The notes: generated by a model not told the origin, from the letters alone. 32,000 bases of DNA from Aulosira sp. DedQUE10 (GCA_034530935.1 JAVRCF010000009.1:57013-89012); one strand, 5' to 3'. Positions 1 through 8,599 are shown, counted from the first letter of the stretch. Numbers and translations are program-made.

Positions 1-1125
1 CCTTGGCTATCAGTTGTCAGGCTGGTATTACCTGTGAAACTGGCAGTTGTACTTCCTGTGGGTGCATTGAAGGTCACAGTGGCGTTGGCGATCGCATTTC
101 CGTATTGGTCTTGAACTTTTGCTTGCAGTGGGTTAGTAAATGCAGTGTTGACAATGGTACTTTGCGGTGTGCCACCAGTGGCAATAATCGCTGCCGCAAC
201 ATCGGGGTTATTAATCAAACTGAAGTTGGCAGGGGTGAGTGTGCCACTATTGGCTGTCACTGCATAGCTACCTGCAATTGTGTTGGCTGTGAGTGGGATG
301 CTCACATTTCCACTGCTATCAGTTGTCAGGCTGGTATTACCTGTGAAATTGGCAGTTGCACTTCCTGTGGGTGCATTGAAGGTAACAGTAGCGTTAGCGA
401 TCGCATTCCCGTATTGGTCTTGTACTTTTGCTTGTAGTGGATTAGTAAATGCAGTGTTGACAATGGTACTTTGCGGCGTGCCACCTGTAGCGATGATGGC
501 AGCCGCAACATCGGGGTTATTCGTCAAACTGAAGTTAGCTGGTGTGAGTGTGCCACTACTGGCTGTCACTGCGTAGCTACCTGCAACTGTGTTAGCTGTG
601 ACTGGAATAGCAACGTTTCCACTAGTATCAGTGGTCAGAGTGGTGCTGCCTGTAAAGTTAGCCGTTGCACCCCCGGTTGGTGCGTTGAAGGTAACAGTGG
701 CGTTGGCGATCGCATTTCCGTATTGGTCTTGAACTTTTGCTTGTAGTGGGTTAGTAAATGCAGTGTTGACAACAGTAGTTTGTGGTGTCCCACCTGTCGC
801 GATAATTGCAGCCGCAACATCGGGATTATTAATCAAACTGAAATTGGCAGGTGTGAGTGTGCCACTATTGGCTGTAACTGCGTAGCTACCTGCAACTGTG
901 TTGGCTGTGACTGGGATGCTCACATTTCCACTAGTATCAGTCGTGAGGACAGTATTTCCAGTAAAGTTGCCAGTTGCACCAACTGTGGGTGCTGTGAAGT
1001 TGACTGTGATCCCAGAAATCGGTTGATTAAAGCCATTTTCTGTCACAGTTGCCTGTAAAGGAGTAGAAAAAATATTGTTAACGATCGCACTCTGCCCTGA
1101 TCCAGCAGTAGGTGTGAGAGTATAA
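1..1125 (-). repeat. Tandem 309-bp (103-codon) coding repeats encoding Ig-like (Big_1-type) modules, about 3.6 copies in the window
   Basis: The landmark ccgcaacatcgggg(a)ttatt..caaactgaa(g/a)tt(g/a)gc recurs at about 197, 506 and 815, a period of 309 bp. Units are roughly 85-90% identical by eye. The most N-terminal unit (about 815-1125) is more divergent. Confidence 0.85.
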
Positions 1126-3716
1126 CCTACCAACTCAAATGCACCTATATCTGGTGCTGTATCTTGAGGTCGGCTAATACCACGTTGATCTGTGATAATA
1201 ATGTCATCAAAAATTCCCGCGTTAATTGCCGGACTACCTGGTAGCAGGGCAAAGGTTTGCGTAGAACCTCCGTAGTTACCAAGAACTGAGAGTTGGGCAT
1301 CAATCGGTGCAGTAGCCGTACCTACCTGATTACCATTGATCCCGTTGCTGATACCAGTAGCAGTGCCATCACCTATGAGGTTGTAGCTACTACTTGCATC
1401 TAAAAGCCCAGAAACATCGGTATTTTGGGAACTAGTGTTACCCGCAACAATAGTATTCTTCAGTGCCGTTAGCGCACCAGATTCGTTGTAGATACCGCCG
1501 CCGTCGGTTGCCAAATTACCACTGAAGGTACTGCTGTTAATATTTGCCTGCGAAATAGATGTGTTGTAGAGACCGCCGCCGCTGTTAGTTGCCGAATTAC
1601 TACTGAAGGTGCTGTTGTTGACATTTACTGTATTTCCTTCGCCGCCATTGTAAATGCCACCACCACCGTTGCTTGCCGAATTGCCACTGAAGGTGCTGTT
1701 GTTGACATTCAGTGTGCCAGAGCCACTGTATATACCGCCACCGCTGCCACCACTTTCTATGCTAAATTCTGTCGAATTGCCAGTGAAGGTAATATTATTG
1801 ACATTCAGCGTGCCAGAACCGAAATAAGCAATACCACCACCATCATTGCCAACCCCTCTACCATTGATAATTGCTAAGTTATTGATAGTGATTATCCCTT
1901 CACTAAAAATACTAAATAATTGGTTGCTATTAATACCATCAATTATGGTGTTACTTGCCCCAGCACCATTTAATGTCAACGTTTTTTCAATAATGTTGAC
2001 TGTGTTACCTGTGTAAGTGCCTGCGCCTAAGTTAATGATGCTATTTCCTGCCACTCCACCAATTGCATCGATCGCATTCTGAATTGAACTAGTAGGTGCA
2101 TTCGCCTCTGGGTTTACCTGATTGAGATTAAACGTCAAGTTGCCCGTACTAGATAAATTGATGGTTGACTCATTTAGAGTGAAAAATCGTCTACCCGTCA
2201 GCGTTAGAGATGCATTCCCTGCGCCTGTCTGGTTAATCCCATCTGTTAGGGTAATATCACCATTACCCCCTGTCCCACTGGAAGTTGTCAGGGTAACATC
2301 TGTACCACCATCTAAGACACTTACAATAGTTAAAGGGTCAATATCACTATTATTGGCTGGGTCAAACAGTCCCCCTACTATTGTCCCACTGCCACCATTG
2401 ACAATATTAATATCAGTTGGGTCGAGTAACCAAGTCCCCGGTTGCCCTTTGACGGCACTAGCATCGACTTTACTACCAGTCACATTCAGGGACAGTTTCC
2501 CTGATGTTTCGACTAAGCCACCATTACCAGCGATCGCACCACCTCTGGCTGTAATATTGCCAAAAAAGCGGGTACTATCATCTGCCCAGACAATTACCTT
2601 GCCACCGTTACCACTTTGCAATGCATCAGCTGCGATCGTAGAATCACTACTAACAAATGTATGGGTTGCAGTGGGGACAGTGCCTTTACCTTGGTAATCT
2701 CCGCCCACTAAGACAGTACCGCCATTATTTCCAGAGGCGTTGATATTAGCATTCAACAGTGCCACGCGATCGCCTAAAATATTAATCTGCGGTGTAGCAT
2801 TAGAAACTTTATTTATCGGCTCTTGGGAGTTACTAACAGAAACTTGTCCACTGACAACGCTTGTGCCAACATCAGTGGGAATTGCTGTCTTCGTACTAGT
2901 TAGCTTGACTACACCATTTTCTACAGTAACTCCAGTGACTTTTTTGATGTTGCCACCAGTCAGCAATGCTGGCAATGATAGCGGCGAAAATGGTTGTGGA
3001 TTAATCTGGGCTTTTGCCTCTACAGGTAAATCCAAACTCAATAAACTATTTGTTGGAGTTACCCGCACAACTTTCTCGGCGGGTACGGCCATAATTGTGA
3101 TGTTACCGTTAGGTGCAGCAAGCGTCCCCGTATTTAGCACCATTCCGCCGAGTAACATTAAGCTTTGCCCCTCACCCACAGCCAAATTTCCAGCGTTGAA
3201 GATATTTCCACCAAGGCTGGTGGTAAAAGCAAATTCTGTAGGATGGCCAATTAAATTAGCGTAATTATTTGAACCGATCGCATTAAACCATTGGTTGTTA
3301 CCAAACCCAACACCATTTGCTGTCGTCGCTGTAAACGCAGCAGGTACATTCAAACTCGCACTAGAACCAAATATAATCCCCGCAGGGTTAATTAAATATA
3401 AGTTGGAATTGCCACCAGTAACCTGAATCAATCCGTTAATCAATGAAGCGTTGTTACCTGTGACGCGTCCTAAAATATTTTGAATCGATGGCTGAGAGAG
3501 AAAGTTAGCCGTTTGATTGGCATCAAGTCCAAATTTAGAGAAACTATGAAATAGATTAGTGCGATCGCTACTCAAACTACCACCGCTAATATCAATCTTG
3601 TTGCCTTCGGTAGTAATCACAGATCCAGTACCATCATTAGCCGGAGTGATTGATTGGGCTTTGACAATCGGCGATAACAGCCCAAAAATCATCGCTAAAG
3701 TTGCCAGTGGACTCAT
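1..3716 (-). CDS. Two-partner-secretion type exoprotein: filamentous-haemagglutinin N-terminal (TPS) domain, parallel beta-helix with choice-of-anchor-Q-like GGGIYN repeats, then tandem Big_1-like Ig domains; 3' end lies outside the window
   Basis: It is not in the ORF track because there is no stop inside the window. My own minus-strand translation from the ATG at 3716-3714 reads MSPLATLAMIFGLLSPIVKAQSITPANDGTGSVITTEGNKIDISGGSLSSDRTNLFHSFSKFGLDANQTANF...LINPAGIIFG (TPS hallmarks). Further on are GNGGLVETSGK, four NNSTFSGNSA..GGGIYN units, DQRGISRPQDTAPDIGAFE, and then 103-aa repeats (PLQAKVQDQYGNAIANATVTFNAP...TANTVAGSYAVTA). The frame stays open for about 1238 codons; I spot-checked codon phase at 300, 1500 and 2100. 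An alternative in-frame TTG at 3761 would give a more basic signal-peptide n-region (QKKGGWYKS...). Confidence 0.88.
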   Translation of the reverse strand, partial: MSPLATLAMIFGLLSPIVKAQSITPANDGTGSVITTEGNKIDISGGSLSSDRTNLFHSFSKFGLDANQTANFLSQPSIQNILGRVTGNNASLINGLIQVTGGNSNLYLINPAGIIFGSSASLNVPAAFTATTANGVGFGNNQWFNAIGSNNYANLIGHPTEFAFTTSLGGNIFNAGNLAVGEGQSLMLLGGMVLNTGTLAAPNGNITIMAVPAEKVVRVTPTNSLLSLDLPVEAKAQINPQPFSPLSLPALLTGGNIKKVTGVTVENGVVKLTSTKTAIPTDVGTSVVSGQVSVSNSQEPINKVSNATPQINILGDRVALLNANINASGNNGGTVLVGGDYQGKGTVPTATHTFVSSDSTIAADALQSGNGGKVIVWADDSTRFFGNITARGGAIAGNGGLVETSGKLSLNVTGSKVDASAVKGQPGTWLLDPTDINIVNGGSGTIVGGLFDPANNSDIDPLTIVSVLDGGTDVTLTTSSGTGGNGDITLTDGINQTGAGNASLTLTGRRFFTLNESTINLSSTGNLTFNLNQVNPEANAPTSSIQNAIDAIGGVAGNSIINLGAGTYTGNTVNIIEKTLTLNGAGASNTIIDGINSNQLFSIFSEGIITINNLAIINGRGVGNDGGGIAYFGSGTLNVNNITFTGNSTEFSIESGGSGGGIYSGSGTLNVNNSTFSGNSASNGGGGIYNGGEGNTVNVNNSTFSSNSATNSGGGLYNTSISQANINSSTFSGNLATDGGGIYNESGALTALKNTIVAGNTSSQNTDVSGLLDASSSYNLIGDGTATGISNGINGNQVGTATAPIDAQLSVLGNYGGSTQTFALLPGSPAINAGIFDDIIITDQRGISRPQDTAPDIGAFELVGYTLTPTAGSGQSAIVNNIFSTPLQATVTENGFNQPISGITVNFTAPTVGATGNFTGNTVLTTDTSGNVSIPVTANTVAGSYAVTANSGTLTPANFSLINNPDVAAAIIATGGTPQTTVVNTAFTNPLQAKVQDQYGNAIANATVTFNAPTGGATANFTGSTTLTTDTSGNVAIPVTANTVAGSYAVTASSGTLTPANFSLTNNPDVAAAIIATGGTPQSTIVNTAFTNPLQAKVQDQYGNAIANATVTFNAPTGSATANFTGNTSLTTDSSGNVSIPLTANTIAGSYAVTANSGTLTPANFSLINNPDVAAAIIATGGTPQSTIVNTAFTNPLQAKVQDQYGNAIANATVTFNAPTGSTTASFTGNTSLTTDSQ

Positions 3717-3839
3717 GCAACTAGCAAATATAGACTTGTACCAGCCTCCCTTTTTCTGCAAACTGGGGGTATTTATCTGACTTTTTTTTTGCAGGTAGCT
3801 TGGAAATATAAGTTTGTGGGATTTTCTGTGTTCTGCTGT

Positions 3840-4040
3840 TTTTCCTACTACCCGAACACGGCGATCGAGTTTTTCGTATTCGCGGGCAATTTCTAGTGAA
3901 CCATCTGTAGAACCAGCATCCCAAATAACTAGTTCAAAATCATCCCTACTCTCCGCCAAAATACTTTCAATAGCAGCACTGAGGTTAGATTCTTGGTTAT
4001 AAACCTTGATTACAAACGAAATTGCTGGCATCCTCATCAT
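3840..4040 (-). pseudogene. N-terminal remnant (about 67 codons) of a family-2 glycosyltransferase, reading in frame into the downstream exoprotein gene
   Basis: The minus-strand translation from 4040 is MMRMPAISFVIKVYNQESNLSAAIESILAESRDDFELVIWDAGSTDGSLEIAREYEKLDRRVRVVGK. This is the typical GT2 N-terminus (hhhhP.YN....l...i.S.l.Q....ElI..DdgStD.s..i). After VVGK the GT2 similarity stops (TAEHRKSHKLIFPSYLQKKSQ...), so the DxD region and acceptor half are missing. Confidence 0.6.
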
Positions 4041-4275
4041 TAAATTTACCTGAAATAGCAAGTAGTAGAAAAAGTGTATGTAAAAAAAATCAGCCTATGA
4101 GCACGCCAAATTTAGCCAACTATAGTGGAATCTATTGACAAATAAATATTCTTAAATTTTTAGATTTTCAGTATATGCTGCTTTTTCTGTTACAGCCAGT
4201 AGAAATAATATGTAAAATCACTTAATAAAAAGTATTGTGATCATCTAGGTTTTCAATTAAAAAGATATCCAAATC

Positions 4276-4312
4276 GTAGGGTGCGTTAGGTTTGAGCCGT
4301 AACGCACCGCTA
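4276..4312 (+). repeat. Conserved hairpin module, copy 1 (GTAGGGTGCGTTAGG-N8-GTAACGCACCGCTA), preceding 21-bp array A
   Basis: The 9-bp stem pairs ggtgcgtta (4280-4288) with taacgcacc (4300-4308). The flanks are identical to those of the copy at 29769-29805. Confidence 0.8.
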
Positions 4313-4327
4313 ATAACATTACAAGGC

Positions 4328-4605
4328 GATGCGCTGCGCCCAAAGGGGATCGCATTGTGAGTCGATGCAATGGCATTATCACCCGATGCAATCGCATTGT
4401 GAGTCGATGCAATGGCATTATCACCCGATGCAATCGCATTGTGAGTCGATGCGATCGCATTGTCAGTCGATACAATGCCATTGTCACCCGATGCGATCGC
4501 ATTGTCAGTCGATACAATGCCATTGTCACTTGATGCGATCGCATTGTCAGTCGATACAATGCCATTGTCACTTGATGCAATCGCATTGTGAGTCGATGCG
4601 ATTGC
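4328..4605 (+). repeat. Spacerless tandem array A, 21-bp unit, about 12-13 units with a 42-bp higher-order alternation
   Basis: Units are phased from 4364. The types are gatgcaatggcattatcaccc, gatgcaatcgcattgtgagtc, gatgcgatcgcattgtcagtc (contains the HIP1-centred palindrome ATGCGATCGCAT) and gatacaatgccattgtcac(c/t)(c/t) (contains ACAATGcCATTGT). The array ends 10 nt from the dhaL stop codon. Confidence 0.9.
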
Positions 4606-4614
4606 TTATGTTTT

Positions 4615-5244
4615 TCAACTTTGCACTACTGTTAATAAACATTTCAACATTAAATAAGCAGAAGTAGCTCCCGGATCTTGATGTCCAATACTCCGCTCTC
4701 CCAAATAGCTAGCCCGTCCCTTCTTTGCTAACATCGGTGTTGTCGCTTGCAAACCTTGTTCTGCTGCTGCTACTGCTTGTTGCAAAGCTGTTACAGCGTC
4801 TCCACCCTCACCTACAGCTTGTGCAAAAGCCGCGACTGCGGGAGACAGTACATCCACCATTGTCTTGTCTCCCAGTTGAGCTTTACCACGCTGAAGCACA
4901 CCGTTTAAACCAGCTTGAAGTAATACCAGCAAATCTTGCTCAGTCAATTCTTGCTTAAGAGCTACATCCGTACTAGCACGTAAAAACCAAGTTCCATAAA
5001 GAGGGCCACTTGCACCCCCAACACTAGAAATTAAAGTCATGCTTACTGTTTTTAAAATACTGCCAATATCCTGGTCTGCGACAGTTGGTAATTGAGTAAC
5101 TACCTTTTTGAAACCGCGATCCATATTAATACCGTGGTCAGCATCACCAATCGCTGCATCTAATTCCGTTAGATATGCTTTATTTTGCTCTATTTCGTTG
5201 GCAAATGCGTGCAACCATTGCAAAATATGCTCTTTGCTTACCAT
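4615..5244 (-). CDS. dhaL: Dihydroxyacetone kinase, ADP-binding subunit DhaL (DAK2 domain)
   Basis: The ORF encodes 209 aa starting at an ATG. YLTELDAAIGDADHGINMDRGF is the DAK2 nucleotide/Mg-binding Asp cluster, followed by GGASGPLYGT and a C-terminal GRASYLGERSIGHQDPGA. Confidence 0.9.
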   Translation of the reverse strand: MVSKEHILQWLHAFANEIEQNKAYLTELDAAIGDADHGINMDRGFKKVVTQLPTVADQDIGSILKTVSMTLISSVGGASGPLYGTWFLRASTDVALKQELTEQDLLVLLQAGLNGVLQRGKAQLGDKTMVDVLSPAVAAFAQAVGEGGDAVTALQQAVAAAEQGLQATTPMLAKKGRASYLGERSIGHQDPGATSAYLMLKCLLTVVQS

Positions 5245-5427
5245 CTGTAACCTTTGAAACCTAGATTTGCTAATATTTGGCCAAGCTAGCGTAAAATTCT
5301 ATCCGAATTTTTACGGCTATGTGTGTTTGGCAGATGTAACAGTAAGAAGTATTAAGCTCGTCCTACCTATGGAAGGAGTGGGATTTCCCGCCGACTTTCT
5401 GTAAATTAGCCAAGGGAATATACGTTT

Positions 5428-7428
5428 ATGATTCGTCCTCGGTCATTAGTCTTAAAACTACTTCCTTTATTATTTTTAATTGCTTTCTTCACTACTACTT
5501 GCGTTGACTATAGCAAAAATAGTGAAAATCAGATTGCTGCCTTTGGTGCTGCGATCGCCAAACCGAAAGAAAATATTATCTATCCAGAAAATGCAGGTGT
5601 CATCAATGTTACGTCCCCAGAGTATGGGGCCATACCCGATGATAGCCGGGATGATACCGAGGCTATCCAAAAAGCACTGAGCAAGTTTCCCAGTGGAGGA
5701 CGAATTATCTATTTGCCCAATGGTGTGTATAACATCTCTGATTCCTTACATTGGCCTACAGGCACTCGTTTTCGCTCTGACTACAAGCGAACTGTGCTGC
5801 AAGGACAAAGTAAAGAAGGGGTGGTTATTCAACTCCAAGATGCTGCTGCTAAATTCCAAAACCCCAAGCAGCCTCGACCAGTTATTTCTACAGGTTTTGA
5901 CCCAGACTTAAATCCCAAGTCTGAAGATTTCAAAGCCAGTCTGGTAGCTCAACGCTTTGGGAATTCGGTGAGAAACCTCACTATTAATATAGGAAAGAAG
6001 AATCCAGGCGCAGAAGGGCTAAATTTTGTTGCCAATAATCAAGGAGCAGTACGCGGCATTAAAATCATCTCTACTGAAGGACAGGGAACAACTGGTCTAG
6101 CACTAACTCATGGTGAAGTCGGCCCCCTGCTAGTTGAAGATGTTGAAATTGCCGGATTCGATAACGGTATACTCACAAATAATGGTATCAACGGTATTTC
6201 GTTACAGAACATTACAGTCCGCAATCAAAATCGAGCTGGTATCTACAATGGCGGACAAGCAATGAGCCTGGAGGGTTTCAGTAGTTTTAATTCAGTCCCA
6301 GCAATTATTAACGGTATAAATCCTAATCAAGGCGTTGATCCAGGAAGTACTTTAACCTTAGTGAATGCCAAGCTTATCGGTCGTGGTAAAGCCAAAACTA
6401 TCTCTGCAATTACTTCTGCTGGGTTTATATATGCTAGAAACATAGTATCTTCCGGTTACAAAAATATTCTTTCAAGTAATGCAAGAAAGGCTACCAAGAC
6501 CATTAACAAGACTGTAATCGATGAATTTACTTCTCACCCCATCCTTTCTGAGTTTCCTTCGCCATCAAAATCTTTGCAACTGCGGATTAAACAGTTTCCT
6601 AAACTAGCATGGGATAACCCAAAAACCTGGGTAAGTGTAGAGAAGTTTGGCGCGAGACCCAATGATCAAAAAGATGACACAAATGCTTTTCAAGCAGCAA
6701 TCGATTCTGGTGCAACTACAGTATTAGTACCACAAACTGGAACTTTTACAATCAATGGTTCTCTCCGACTCAGAGGTAAAGTGCAAAGATTTACAGGAAC
6801 TGAGGGATGGATTGAAGGTAATGGCGAGATAGTTGCAGAAAACGGCACTCAACCCATCTTAATTATTGAAAACTTTTTTGTAGGATATGGCTCGAAGTTG
6901 AACTGGAAGACAGTTGCTAATCGTACTATTGTTTACCGTAGTATTACTCACCTGAATCTGGAAAGCGAAGGATCTGGAGATCTTTTCATTGATGATGCTG
7001 TCATGGGTAAACTGAGATTCCGCAATTCTGCTCAACACATTTGGGCACGCCAGCTAAATTCTGAAGGAAGTGCGGAAACTAATATAGTCAATAGTGGCGC
7101 TAAACTTTGGATTCTGGGATTGAAGACAGAAGGGGGTAAAACAAAAATTGCAACGATCAAAGGCGGTGCAACCGAACTTCTAGGTGGGTTAATTTATGCC
7201 ACTGGGCAACAAGATCCAAAAGATCCACTTTTTCGCATTGTTAATGCTTCTGGCACTTTCGTTGGCATTGCTGAGGCATTTTTTGATAAAGATACTTATC
7301 AAATCTGGGTTGAAGAAACACGGGGTAATACTACCAAAACACTCACTAGATCAAAGATTCCAGGCAGATCAACCGCTAACGGAGTAGTAATGTTATTCTA
7401 TAAAGGTTTTGATAAGCCAGCGAAGTAA
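5428..7428 (+). CDS. Secreted or lipoprotein-like double beta-helix protein, pectate-lyase-superfamily / GH55-like
   Basis: The ORF encodes 666 aa. The N-terminal hydrophobic leader ends in ..IAFFTTTC. The Pectate_lyase_3-type opening motif occurs twice: INVTSPEYGAIPDDSRDDTEAIQKALSKFPSGGRIIYLPNGVY and VSVEKFGARPNDQKDDTNAFQAAIDSGATTVLVPQTGTF. This is the two-lobed arrangement typical of GH55 enzymes. The substrate is not inferable from sequence. Confidence 0.7.
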   Translation: MIRPRSLVLKLLPLLFLIAFFTTTCVDYSKNSENQIAAFGAAIAKPKENIIYPENAGVINVTSPEYGAIPDDSRDDTEAIQKALSKFPSGGRIIYLPNGVYNISDSLHWPTGTRFRSDYKRTVLQGQSKEGVVIQLQDAAAKFQNPKQPRPVISTGFDPDLNPKSEDFKASLVAQRFGNSVRNLTINIGKKNPGAEGLNFVANNQGAVRGIKIISTEGQGTTGLALTHGEVGPLLVEDVEIAGFDNGILTNNGINGISLQNITVRNQNRAGIYNGGQAMSLEGFSSFNSVPAIINGINPNQGVDPGSTLTLVNAKLIGRGKAKTISAITSAGFIYARNIVSSGYKNILSSNARKATKTINKTVIDEFTSHPILSEFPSPSKSLQLRIKQFPKLAWDNPKTWVSVEKFGARPNDQKDDTNAFQAAIDSGATTVLVPQTGTFTINGSLRLRGKVQRFTGTEGWIEGNGEIVAENGTQPILIIENFFVGYGSKLNWKTVANRTIVYRSITHLNLESEGSGDLFIDDAVMGKLRFRNSAQHIWARQLNSEGSAETNIVNSGAKLWILGLKTEGGKTKIATIKGGATELLGGLIYATGQQDPKDPLFRIVNASGTFVGIAEAFFDKDTYQIWVEETRGNTTKTLTRSKIPGRSTANGVVMLFYKGFDKPAK

Positions 7429-7440
7429 TTATCGGGGCAG

Positions 7441-7525
7441 GAATGAGGGAGATGAGGGAGATGAGGGGGATGAGGAGACAAGGGGAAATAACCAATGACA
7501 AATGACAAATGCCAAATGCCAAATA
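7441..7525. repeat. STRR-type short tandem repeat block (9-mer atgagggag-like, then heptamers aatgaca/aatgcca)
   Basis: The block reads gaatgagggagatgagggagatgagggggatgaggag...caatgacaaatgacaaatgccaaatgccaaatac. It directly abuts the dhaK stop codon (7526-7528). Confidence 0.85.
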
Positions 7526-8599
7526 CTAAATTCCCCAACGTAAGCTTGGGGTTTTGACTGGTGCATCCCAGAGCCGAATCATTTCATCATCTAGCTTCAA
7601 TAAGGTAATCGAGCATCCTTGCATTTCCAGAGATGTAATATAAGGCCCAATCAGATTGCGTACAATTTGCAATCCTTGCTGTTCGCAGATTTGGGCTAGT
7701 TTGCGATAAACAAGATAAAGTTCCGAAAGGGGAGTGCCACCCATACTATTAACAAAAGCTAGTACGCGATCGCCTGTTTGCAATGGCGGATCTATCAATT
7801 CTACATCTACCCATTCCCCTTGGTCTTCATCCCATTCCCGCACTGTCCGGCTATAACCTGCATCCTCAATTATCGATCGCGCCAAACTCTCAGTAATCTC
7901 ATCTACCGATTGTAAAGCGATACGTTGCCTACCAGGTTCACCGTGAATCCCAATGCCAATTTCTAATTCGCGATCGCCTAATGCAAATGTCGGTGTACCT
8001 TTAGCGGGTACTGTGCAGGAAGTCAAAGCAATTCCCAGACTCCGCCCATGCAAATTGACCCGACGGCACAAATCTGCTATTTGTTGCAAATCATACCCAT
8101 GCTCAGCTGCTGCACCACAAATTTTTTCTGCCAGTATTGTTGTACCCACACCCCGCCTGCCTTGAGTATAAAGGCTGTCTTTTACTGCCACATCATCATC
8201 AATCAACAGATTCAGCACTCGGATACCCTCACTCTGGGCTAATTCCGTCGCCATCTCAAAGTTCATCACATCGCCACTGTAGTTTTTGACGATATAAAGG
8301 ATACCAGCCCCACCATTTACTTTCTGGGCTGCTGCTAACATTTGGTCAGGAGTCGGTGAGGTGAAAACTTCTCCCGGACAAGCTGCATCCAACATTCCCC
8401 TACCCACAAAACCAGCGTGCATTGGCTCATGTCCACTGCCACCACCAGAAATAATTGCTACTTTACCCTGTACAGGTGCATCGGCTCGGTAAACAAAGGC
8501 TGGGTCATAATTCACCTGAATTAAATCAGAATGAGCCGCCGCCATACCTGCTAAACTTTCCCTTACAAAGTCTTCTGGCTTGTTAATCAGCTTTTTCAT
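7526..8599 (-). CDS. dhaK: Dihydroxyacetone kinase, substrate-binding subunit DhaK (DAK1 domain)
   Basis: The ORF encodes 357 aa starting at an ATG. Diagnostic stretches are [63 protein letters not shown] and [13 protein letters not shown]. Confidence 0.92.
   Translation of the reverse strand: MKKLINKPEDFVRESLAGMAAAHSDLIQVNYDPAFVYRADAPVQGKVAIISGGGSGHEPMHAGFVGRGMLDAACPGEVFTSPTPDQMLAAAQKVNGGAGILYIVKNYSGDVMNFEMATELAQSEGIRVLNLLIDDDVAVKDSLYTQGRRGVGTTILAEKICGAAAEHGYDLQQIADLCRRVNLHGRSLGIALTSCTVPAKGTPTFALGDRELEIGIGIHGEPGRQRIALQSVDEITESLARSIIEDAGYSRTVREWDEDQGEWVDVELIDPPLQTGDRVLAFVNSMGGTPLSELYLVYRKLAQICEQQGLQIVRNLIGPYITSLEMQGCSITLLKLDDEMIRLWDAPVKTPSLRWGI

Noticed and set aside
3-3780. Plus-strand track ORFs 3..437, 280..576, 471..746, 780..1058, 2122..2697, 2740..3264 and 3559..3780 (Cys/Thr/Val-rich or Pro/Leu/Ser-rich low-complexity products).
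   Set aside because: They are antisense or off-frame shadows of the single long minus-strand TPS exoprotein gene. Their translations have no recognisable motifs and repeat with the 309-bp period of that gene.
4328-4605. Possibility that the three tandem arrays are CRISPR arrays.
   Set aside because: Units abut directly with no unique spacers. The unit length of 21 bp is below typical CRISPR repeat length, and there are no cas genes in the window.
4257-4667. Track ORFs 4257..4586 (-) and 4329..4667 (+) with heptapeptide-repeat products (HRLTMRS..., MQSHCES...). The analogous ORFs are 18256..18702, 18312..18584 and 18323..18589 over array B, and 29848..30117 over array C.
   Set aside because: A 21-bp unit is 7 codons, so any stop-free unit yields open frames on both strands at once. 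Several overlapping frames are open over each array, which is the signature of a repeat artefact rather than a gene.
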